A program made the position numbers and the translations under genes. DNA of 64,000 nucleotides from a virus. Taxonomy: Duplodnaviria > Caudoviricetes. Of this stretch, positions 56,560 through 64,000 are shown one piece after another; position 1 is the stretch's first letter, and each line of letters opens with the position of its first letter. The stretch covers positions 1 through 64,000 of IMG/VR virus record IMGVR_UViG_3300020049_016712, one strand, 5' to 3'. The notes beneath the pieces are model-generated. The model had not been told where the DNA came from, ran no database searches, and saw nothing but the letters and a program-made list of their open reading frames with translations.

Positions 56560-56878
56560 GAATATTTCACGCATTGTCATGTTCCAGGTATGGACATCAG
56601 GAAATCTGGTTCAATGACTCCTGGTTTCCCATCGAACCTCCGTCGAGCCTCGCAATCTATGTTGGTGATGGAGACATCATTTTCGTTGACGAAAACTCGA
56701 TAGAGCACATAGTGTACAGTCCTGGCAAAACCTATTTCAAGATTTCTGGCCACCTGATTCCAGCAACCAGCGTTTGGGTAGCCCCGTTTGATTCAAAACT
56801 ACTATCGACTTATGGGCCCGGCGCGAATTTGCCGAGAAGTTCGAAGCCGTCATGATCATGAAAGAGTTGGCGAAATGA
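56556..56878 (+). pseudogene. Island protein with a one-base frameshift near 56795
   Basis: One extra A in TCAAAACT restores ...FEAVMIMKELAK* with an ATGA overlap at 56875. Confidence 0.55.
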
Positions 56879-57312
56879 ACATCGTGGTTAAGGAACTGCG
56901 CTGGCGATACCGGTGCATACTAGGGTGGGCCGACAGGTGGGAAGATTCCAAACTGCAACGAGTAGTCGTTACCTCGAATGAGTTGTGCCTGACTTCCTAC
57001 GGACCTGACTTGAATCTGTATTTCCCCGAGATCGACCGCTTCCTATGCACCAGGATGAATCCTGTCATGGTTCAAACGGTTCGATTTCGCGGGAAAACCT
57101 ATAGCGGATTTCGATTCAATCCCGTCGACGAATACGCTCAAATGATACTGGCTGCGGCAGTGACATCCCATCCACCGCCGTATGAATATTTCGCCATCCC
57201 GGTCTTCATTATCGACCACCCAGAACCAATGTCAAAGTCAGATCAGACCGCGTTCCGAGAGTTCTCAGAATCGGTCATGATCATGTACGAGTTGGCAGAG
57301 CGCAACGACTAA
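56875..57312 (+). CDS. Island protein ending in MYELAERND
   Basis: ATG 56875; terminator hairpin 57325-57345. Confidence 0.65.
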   Translation: MNIVVKELRWRYRCILGWADRWEDSKLQRVVVTSNELCLTSYGPDLNLYFPEIDRFLCTRMNPVMVQTVRFRGKTYSGFRFNPVDEYAQMILAAAVTSHPPPYEYFAIPVFIIDHPEPMSKSDQTAFREFSESVMIMYELAERND

Positions 57313-57379
57313 CTGAAATGGAAAAGGCCCCTCAACTGAGGGGCCCTCGGTTATCCGCCAATCAGGCTCGAAGCCTGGA

Positions 57380-60067
57380 TTAGCTGGAGGCGATGGAAGC
57401 CTGCGCTTTGCGGTGGTCGGTGAAGACCATCCCGTAAACCTGGCGGCATTTCCAGGTATACTTGTCTCCGGTGAACGCGTCGCCGACCATCGGGTCATCC
57501 TGCAGGAGAATCTGAGGATTCTGCTGACCGCCCAGGAAGCCGACTTCGACGGGCTTGTCTGCGAACATGAACCAGTTGTCGAGGTCGAAACCGAGGTAAT
57601 CGCTCTGGATCGCGATTCCCGAAAGTCGACCGGTGGAAACGTCCGGATAGATGGCCGAAACGTCGTTGTTTCCGCCTCCGGGCTTGAGTCGCGAGTTGAG
57701 AATCTGGAACATCTCGGCCCGCTTCGTGTGAGGAACCACCAGTTTGACCATCCGAGGGTTCAGGAAGGCTCCGAGTTGCTCGACGCGAGCCTCGTCGGAG
57801 TGCGTTGCGGCGGTCGTTCCACCAATCCCGCGAGTCACGTTGGCGTAAGATCCGCCCGAAGAACCCGGCAGGGAGCCCACCAGCATCTTCTCGGAGTCGA
57901 TCTGAATCACATCACCTTGCTTGAGGAACGCGGTGATGTCGGTGATTGCGGTTCCGTCCCTCTTCGCCAACTGAATCTCGGTGGCGCTGGTGCTACCAAT
58001 CGCGGCCTCGAGGCGCAGAACGTTGGCGAACCGGCGCTGGTTGGTCAGTCGCTCCCACATGTCGGCAACCGGCTGATATGCCAGGGTGTCCGATGCGAGG
58101 TTGTCGTGAGCCGAGTTGAAAATCGACACGGCGTCGTAACTCACGTCGGCTCCGATGGTCCCACCGTTGTTCGCGATGGCCGTCTTCCAGACCAACTCGT
58201 TCAAGGTGTGGACGCAGGAGTTCGCGATCTCCTGGGGCATCGCCTGGAGTTTGTCGAGGTCGTCGTTGACGATCATCTCCCAGGTCAACTGCACCAGATA
58301 GCCCTTTTTTGCAGCGGTGTAGGTTACCTGCTCGTCGGCAGGGAATCCGGCCTGCAGGTAAGTCCCTGCCTCGGCAACCGTTGGAACGATGCCGAGACCG
58401 CCCACCAGAATCCGCTTCTGGGTTTTGAAGTTGTCGATGGGCACGATGGTCGCAACCTCTTGCCAGTGCGCTTCGGCCTGATTGTAGGCCTGCAGCAACG
58501 CGCGCTCGGTAGAGTCACCGAGAACGTAGGTCAGGTCAGCAGTCGTTGCCTCGACGATGCGGCCCGGGCCGTGCTGGCCCTTCTGCATCTGCCAAACATC
58601 GGCGTCGAACCACTCGCGGAAGAAGCCGCGAATCGAAGGCCGAATCGGAACCAGTCTATAAAGCTCCTTGTCGGACTCCTTGAGGCCATCGGCTTCTTGC
58701 CACTTGTAGCCCATCATCGCGTCGGCCCACTTTTTCATGCGGTCGACCTTCTCGGCTCCAACGGACACGCGAACACCGGCGCCCTCGGATTCGGGAGTTC
58801 TGCTGAGACTTGCCACGATCTTCCTCTGCCCTTCGATGGCCTCGCGCAGGTCCTCGGCCTTAAACGTGCGGCCGGAGAACTGGCGCTTGAGTTCGTCGGT
58901 CGCAACCGAGGGAAGACCGGACTCCCGCAACTGCTCGTTTAGGAGCATGCGGCACTCGATCAGTTCGGTGCGCTTCGCGGCCTCCAGCACGGCTTTCTGG
59001 GCTTCGGTCATGGCCGGCTCAGGAGCGGCCGCAGCCGGTTGCGCAACAGGGGCCGCAACGGGAGCCTCGGGAGCAACAGGAGCCGCAGGAGCGGCCTCAG
59101 GAGTCTTGGAGGCTGGCTCCGCAACCGGTTCAACCGGCTCGGTGGTCGCCTCTTTGTAGGAGTCCATACAAGCCTTAATAGCCTGCATGGCGCCCTCCAT
59201 GTTGTCTTCCTCGACCATTTTCATGATCTTCTTCTTTTTGTCGTCGGGAGTCTTCATCTCGGCCAGGCGCGCGCCCAGTGCCTCATGAAGCTCCTCGGTG
59301 CTCGACTCCTCCAGGTTGCCGGTATACTCCAGCGAACGGAGCCCACGGACAAGCAATTTCCGATTCATTTTTGCAGCCTCCTTAACGGCTGGTGTATTTT
59401 CGGCCCCCAGGGCCTGCTCTTTGGCTCCGCCCGAAGGCGACTCCAAACTTTTCTTCAACTCTTGTGCGGTGATTCCAAATGCGGAATCCAGCGTCTCGAG
59501 TCCAGACTGCATCGAGGCCACGAGGCGCAAAAACTTGCCTCCAGCAGCCCCTTTGGTAACCACCGTCAGTTCCTCGACTCGGGAAATTTGGCGAATCTCG
59601 CGCACCGGCTGGCCTTCCGCATAGCCCAGCGTGTGCGGGCCTTCAGCCTCGATACTCAACTCTAGGAAATCAGCCGAACCAGACTCGGCCGCGCGCATCA
59701 GAGTGTTCCGCAGCCAGTCATCGGTAACGTGCAAATCTGCGATAATCGCGGGGACCGTCTTGCCCTGTTTCGCCGAATCGCTTTCCCCCATCCGCACGTT
59801 CCGCAATACGCCAACAACATTCCCGGCTACACCCTCGGGAATCAGGCGGCGCACATCCATAGAGGCGTGGTCGAATCCGTCGCCTCCGCCCGGGCGCGCA
59901 AACTGGTAAATAGCAACCGGCTTACCCTCAAAAAGCGGAACAGCCTGGCGCAACACCTCGGGCTTGTAGAGATTCTTGTTGGCCGAAACCCCAGCTTCGA
60001 TCACGACCACTTGCCAGACTCGACCCTGGGGGTCCTGGGCCCGCTCGACAAGGCGCGCGTTCGGCAT
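57380..60067 (-). CDS. Fused prohead protease/scaffold/major capsid protein (Mu gpT-like capsid)
   Basis: N-terminal S..NLY..EVL...F.G and ELSI..EG...V..GAAGG; helical scaffold; C-terminal E.Y.A.K.G...LTWE.IVNDDL and VEVGFL.G.Q.P. Start probably 60067 because the late motif lies at 60103-60134. Confidence 0.85.
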   Translation of the reverse strand: MPNARLVERAQDPQGRVWQVVVIEAGVSANKNLYKPEVLRQAVPLFEGKPVAIYQFARPGGGDGFDHASMDVRRLIPEGVAGNVVGVLRNVRMGESDSAKQGKTVPAIIADLHVTDDWLRNTLMRAAESGSADFLELSIEAEGPHTLGYAEGQPVREIRQISRVEELTVVTKGAAGGKFLRLVASMQSGLETLDSAFGITAQELKKSLESPSGGAKEQALGAENTPAVKEAAKMNRKLLVRGLRSLEYTGNLEESSTEELHEALGARLAEMKTPDDKKKKIMKMVEEDNMEGAMQAIKACMDSYKEATTEPVEPVAEPASKTPEAAPAAPVAPEAPVAAPVAQPAAAAPEPAMTEAQKAVLEAAKRTELIECRMLLNEQLRESGLPSVATDELKRQFSGRTFKAEDLREAIEGQRKIVASLSRTPESEGAGVRVSVGAEKVDRMKKWADAMMGYKWQEADGLKESDKELYRLVPIRPSIRGFFREWFDADVWQMQKGQHGPGRIVEATTADLTYVLGDSTERALLQAYNQAEAHWQEVATIVPIDNFKTQKRILVGGLGIVPTVAEAGTYLQAGFPADEQVTYTAAKKGYLVQLTWEMIVNDDLDKLQAMPQEIANSCVHTLNELVWKTAIANNGGTIGADVSYDAVSIFNSAHDNLASDTLAYQPVADMWERLTNQRRFANVLRLEAAIGSTSATEIQLAKRDGTAITDITAFLKQGDVIQIDSEKMLVGSLPGSSGGSYANVTRGIGGTTAATHSDEARVEQLGAFLNPRMVKLVVPHTKRAEMFQILNSRLKPGGGNNDVSAIYPDVSTGRLSGIAIQSDYLGFDLDNWFMFADKPVEVGFLGGQQNPQILLQDDPMVGDAFTGDKYTWKCRQVYGMVFTDHRKAQASIASS

Positions 60068-60102
60068 CGCAATGGTTTCGTAACGTAAACGTTTCACGGG
60101 TT

Positions 60103-60134
60103 CCGATTTCCGCGCATGCGGAATACGAACCTTT
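60103..60134 (-). promoter_or_regulatory. Late-gene motif
   Basis: ccgatttccgcgcatgcggaa-tac-gaaccttt. Confidence 0.7.
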
Positions 60135-60413
60135 TTCAATCATTTCGTGAAACAAACTCAACTAGACAGGGTAGAAGGAAACTTCCAGGCCTCGGCGAAT
60201 CCATTACCTCGCAACCAAACAAACTCCACAATCGAAGGGCCTCGGGACCAACCTCCTGGGGCTTTTCCCTTAGCAGGCATGGGCTCAGTTGCTCGGTTTT
60301 GGAGGTTTATCCGCGTTTGCGTCTGCGGTGATGCCGGTTGATGAACCAGTCCTCGAAAACCACGGTGGACGCGACGACGGCCAATGCGGCAATGACCATG
60401 ATGAGGAATGACA

Positions 60414-61004
60414 TTATCGGTTTCTCTCCGGGTAGATGTCCCATGGTTCCTGGGGAGTTTCGGTGTCCTCGACGGCGGTCAGCGTGTCTTGCGATGTCTG
60501 GAAAACGACTCCTGCGTCTGGCTCTTTGGCGAACTCCCACTGCGTATACTCGTTCAGGTGCACGATCACTGATTCCTCGATGGCATTCCCGCCAAACAGT
60601 TGCCGGCTTCGGATCGTGCAGAAGTTTTCTCCGCGCTCGCCCAGGGCCATCTCGGGCGGCCCAACTTCCTCGCAGAACTGACCGTCCTCTCCACCGAGAG
60701 AAGCGATGACGCTAGAAACGATTTCATCGTTGCCGGCCAAACGCCAGAAACGGTCTCCTCCGCGCTCGTGCCAGCAAGCCGCGAAAGGAGCATCCGGGTA
60801 AGCCTCGGCGATTGCGGCCGGGTCCGCTGACGGGTCGTTGACAACAGGCACCTCGTGGCCGCCAACGAAAATCATGTCGCACTCGGAGAAGCGTTCGACT
60901 TGCGCAAGGCGCTGCTTGGCCAGATCCTCGGAATCGAAACATCCGAAAGACCGCGATCCATCGGCGTTGTATACGCACCACTTGCCGTCAACCTGTTTAA
61001 TCAC
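60414..61004 (-). CDS. Hypothetical two-domain phage protein
   Basis: IKQVDGKWCV..FGCF.S...AKQRL N-domain; PFAACW...W.L C-domain. Confidence 0.6.
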   Translation of the reverse strand: MIKQVDGKWCVYNADGSRSFGCFDSEDLAKQRLAQVERFSECDMIFVGGHEVPVVNDPSADPAAIAEAYPDAPFAACWHERGGDRFWRLAGNDEIVSSVIASLGGEDGQFCEEVGPPEMALGERGENFCTIRSRQLFGGNAIEESVIVHLNEYTQWEFAKEPDAGVVFQTSQDTLTAVEDTETPQEPWDIYPERNR

Positions 61005-61037
61005 CAGACACCTCCGAGCTTGCTAGATGAATGTTTC

Positions 61038-61550
61038 TCAACTATACCCCAGGAACCCTTTCACCGGCATACTCTCGTAAGCGCACTCGGCGCACAGGCA
61101 TTCACCGCCAAACGGAATATGGTAAAAGTTCTTTCCACGGGTGAATAGCATCCCACAGACCAAGCAGGTGCGATCTTTGTCCATGGTCTTCCAATATACA
61201 GTGTCTGCATCGTCACTCCACTCTCTACACCAGTACAGGTCGCATTTCAAGCACAGGCACTGGCGCGGTTGGCAAACTCCCCACCTCGACCGGATGTGAA
61301 TCCAAAATGGTCTGGCATGATGGTCAAATGGGTGGGCGCTGAGCGAAATATCATCCTTCGGAGCAATCACAATCTCGCCGCACTGAAGGCACTGATAGGG
61401 CACATCCTCGCTAGCCAACTCCTCCATGAGCAAAGCGGCCTTCTGGTGTTCGCTCAGATAAGGCCGATCGGTATGGTCGTTGCTACTCAAAGAGGTCTTC
61501 GTTGATGTCCAGGATGGCTTGCCGGATAGCGAAGTTTCGTTTGGCCTCAT
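61038..61550 (-). CDS. Cys-rich Zn-finger protein
   Basis: CLQCG, CLKC, CLVCG, CAEC; start uncertain. Confidence 0.55.
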   Translation of the reverse strand: MRPNETSLSGKPSWTSTKTSLSSNDHTDRPYLSEHQKAALLMEELASEDVPYQCLQCGEIVIAPKDDISLSAHPFDHHARPFWIHIRSRWGVCQPRQCLCLKCDLYWCREWSDDADTVYWKTMDKDRTCLVCGMLFTRGKNFYHIPFGGECLCAECAYESMPVKGFLGYS

Positions 61551-61896
61551 CTATCTCGCGGATCATTCGACAAGCGTTGCCAATCCAGATACCGGCCGCC
61601 GCCTGCTCGGACGGTTCGCATTCCATCAACTCCAAAATTGACTCGCGCAAACTCGGATCCAACTCATCTAGCAGAACTTCCTCGGGGGCGTATCCGGCCA
61701 TCAGCAAGCCCTCCTCGGCGTTACCGAAATACTCGCCGATGGCCCGCGCCAACTCGCGCGATGGAATCAGTCCATCTTTCTCGATTTTTGAGAGGTAGGT
61801 GCCGTGAACACCTATAGCCTTCGCGACCTGCTTTTTTTCGCGACCACTGATTCGGCTGGAGAACCACTCCTGCCATGTTGCAATCCCACTGCCCAT
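61483..61896 (-). CDS. XRE-family HTH regulator
   Basis: KQVAKAIGVHGTYLSKIEKDGLIPS..LARAI. Confidence 0.85.
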   Translation of the reverse strand: MGSGIATWQEWFSSRISGREKKQVAKAIGVHGTYLSKIEKDGLIPSRELARAIGEYFGNAEEGLLMAGYAPEEVLLDELDPSLRESILELMECEPSEQAAAGIWIGNACRMIREIDEAKRNFAIRQAILDINEDLFE

Positions 61897-62016
61897 TCCT
61901 GTTTGCTCCTATTCCTATTTTGCATCGGAAGACTTCTGTTCACGGGTAACCCATCCAGAATTTCCGAACGTGTAGCCCATGATCGTCACCTCGAAGGACC
62001 ATCCGAAGATTGTCAC

Positions 62017-62469
62017 CTAGTAAAGTTTGAACTTTCGCTTGCCGGCATCGTCGCGCACCGCCGTCCATCCGTCGCGCTGCTCGTAGATGGCGATAGGCAG
62101 ACGTGTATGCGCACCGGCGCGCGCCCACTTGAGGATGTCGACGGCCACCGAAAGCGGCAAGTTGTGGGTCGTGCCATCGCGACACTTGACCACCCGCATG
62201 GCGTTCGGATCGCGACTCAACTCGGCCTCGACCTTCTCGTCAGACGGGATAGGCTCATCTTTAATGACCACGTCGAAATCCTGCGTGATAGACTCTTTGA
62301 ACACCTCGCGGAGTAACTCGACTTCGTCATCTTCGAGCCTGCTCTGGACCTTGACGCCCTCTTTGCCCTCGGCCTCCAGAGCCTCCACCAGGTGCTTCGA
62401 TTCAACGGGTTCTCCGTTGACTTCGATACCCTTTTTCGACAATTCCTTTGCTAGTTGCCAGACGAGCAT
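62017..62469 (-). CDS. Protein with an IF2 N-terminal-like domain
   Basis: GGAGG RBS; LVWQLAKEL..SKHLVEAL..G..VK.QSRLEDDEVELLREVF. Confidence 0.65.
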   Translation of the reverse strand: MLVWQLAKELSKKGIEVNGEPVESKHLVEALEAEGKEGVKVQSRLEDDEVELLREVFKESITQDFDVVIKDEPIPSDEKVEAELSRDPNAMRVVKCRDGTTHNLPLSVAVDILKWARAGAHTRLPIAIYEQRDGWTAVRDDAGKRKFKLY

Positions 62470-62525
62470 GTTTCCTCCGAATAATTCTGATCTGGATTGG
62501 ATTCGAGCTTGCCGAAGGTTTTCCT

Positions 62526-63503
62526 TCACTCTTCGGGTCCTGCTAAGCCGCCGTCGCCGAGCAGCCATTCGCCAGCGGTCTGGCCTTTCGCCTTGCGCGG
62601 TAGGGAGTTGGGAGTCCATACGACCCACGAGCATCGGCATAACGGGTGTTGGGGAATGGTAGGCGCCTTCTCGTTGCCGATGCTTCCCTTTGGGTCTTTG
62701 TATTGCGTCGACCCAGGTATGTCGCGCAGGTCAACCGCACCTTTATCCGTGTAGGGCGTTCCGTCGAGCCGATACCGGCGGCCATCGAACGGCGCGCATC
62801 GGGGACAAGCATCAGCCTGAGCCACATACAACTTAAGCACGTCCCAACCCGGAAACTCATAGGCCAATTGTTCCATGCGCGCGGTCATCACCGCCTGCAC
62901 CGACCTGGCCAATTCTGTTCGAGCAATCATCCGAGCCCGCACAGCAATGGAGCGCCACACTCCGGGCTTGCCGATGTGTTTCTCGATGGCCCGAGCCAGG
63001 TCGTCGATACTCGCGCCCGAGACCACGGCTGCGGTGACCTCCTGCGCAATCTGCTCCCGTGCGTAAAGCGAGAGGCCAGAGATATACTGCTGTCGAGCCG
63101 CCGCCTCCAGGGCCGAGCGGCCGGGCAGTTCGGCCAAATTGCGCACCATCTCAGGATTAAACTCGGGAATCAGGAGCGAAAGGTGCGTGTCGACGATTTG
63201 CCGTCCAATCAACACCGAATCCTCAATAACCGGATTCACGTCGGTTGCGAACTCCAGAGCCGCAGCCGTCGTCTCGGGCTTGGCCATGTCGACCACGGGC
63301 TTAATCCACGATGGCCCGAAGGGGAGAATCTTGCGCGCTCGATCAAAGGCGCCAGAGAGGCCATCGACAACCCGCCTGCGCAGGTTCACAATGGACCCTA
63401 GAGCCTTTTTCCTGACCTCGGCGTCTTTCTGGTCGAGTCGGTTGAACAATGGCCGTAAACGGTCCTGCAGGCGCCTGAGAAGGCTTCGTTTTTCCTCACC
63501 CAT
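62526..63503 (-). CDS. Minor capsid protein (Mu F/SPP1 gp7-like)
   Basis: RARMIARTELAR, CPRCAPFDG, PQHPLCRC. Confidence 0.85.
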   Translation of the reverse strand: MGEEKRSLLRRLQDRLRPLFNRLDQKDAEVRKKALGSIVNLRRRVVDGLSGAFDRARKILPFGPSWIKPVVDMAKPETTAAALEFATDVNPVIEDSVLIGRQIVDTHLSLLIPEFNPEMVRNLAELPGRSALEAAARQQYISGLSLYAREQIAQEVTAAVVSGASIDDLARAIEKHIGKPGVWRSIAVRARMIARTELARSVQAVMTARMEQLAYEFPGWDVLKLYVAQADACPRCAPFDGRRYRLDGTPYTDKGAVDLRDIPGSTQYKDPKGSIGNEKAPTIPQHPLCRCSWVVWTPNSLPRKAKGQTAGEWLLGDGGLAGPEE

Positions 63504-63975
63504 TGGTAAATTCTAACACATTCCACAACCACTCGGCTCGCGCATCCAGTTTCTCGATAACAGACCGGCTTGGCGGTGGCCACATGGGCTGGCGATGACC
63601 AATCCAGAAAACCCATTCCCGACCGGTGCACAGGCGAGACTTCTCGTTTCGGCAATTCGGAGAGGTTCCCAACGATGAAGTGGTAATCCTGTTGTCGGGC
63701 ACCTCTGAGATCTCTTCAAGTGTTATTTTCCGGCCATTTCGGTGGGGCCATATCATGAAGTCGTGAACGATGAACATTCTCATCAGGTAATCATCGAGGT
63801 TGACGAAGTAAATATGGTCGAACCGAACATTAGAATCCCATGGACAATAGGCATGCAGGTCGAGTCGGTTGGTGGCAACCCTGCGGAACTCGATAGCCGG
63901 AGTCGCCAGCCAACCATCGAACATGAACGCGGCATACTCGGCGCTCATAAGGCAAGGTCGACCATCGTCAGCCAT
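63496..63975 (-). CDS. Hypothetical protein
   Basis: Its end overlaps the minor capsid start. Confidence 0.5.
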   Translation of the reverse strand: MADDGRPCLMSAEYAAFMFDGWLATPAIEFRRVATNRLDLHAYCPWDSNVRFDHIYFVNLDDYLMRMFIVHDFMIWPHRNGRKITLEEISEVPDNRITTSSLGTSPNCRNEKSRLCTGREWVFWIGHRQPMWPPPSRSVIEKLDARAEWLWNVLEFTNG

Positions 63976-64000
63976 CCAGGTCCGTGTTCGCGCAGTGGAC

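Noticed and set aside
1-64000. tRNA/rRNA genes, integrase and att sites
   Set aside because: None were recognisable by eye; they may lie outside the window.

Overview
The whole window looks like part of one tailed-phage (siphovirus-like) or prophage genome; I saw no host housekeeping genes, integrase, terminase or portal. 1-26 kb holds early/accessory and DNA-metabolism genes (UDG, ERCC4 nuclease, AAA ATPase, PD-(D/E)xK nuclease, DinG-type helicase, MoxR/VWA, an origin-like repeat block). 26-29 kb is lysis, and 29-64 kb is tail and head genes interrupted by early-gene islands and a Dam-type methylase. It carries two CRISPR effector modules that appear to lack nuclease activity. (i) A type V-M (Cas12m-like) gene missing its C-terminal Zn finger/RuvC-III, flanked by two degenerate three-repeat mini-arrays that share a hairpin architecture. 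(ii) A type IV-B module (csf1-cas11-csf2-csf3-cysH) that unusually includes a Cas6e-like gene and is coupled behind a DinG helicase. One mini-array spacer resembles the phage's own repeated late-promoter motif, and a solitary hairpin RNA at 56 kb is antisense to the repeated early-gene leader. Together these suggest RNA-guided control of the phage's own programme, which is inference only. Several single-base frameshifts mean assembly indels cannot be excluded. All family calls come from motifs read by eye; no database search was run.
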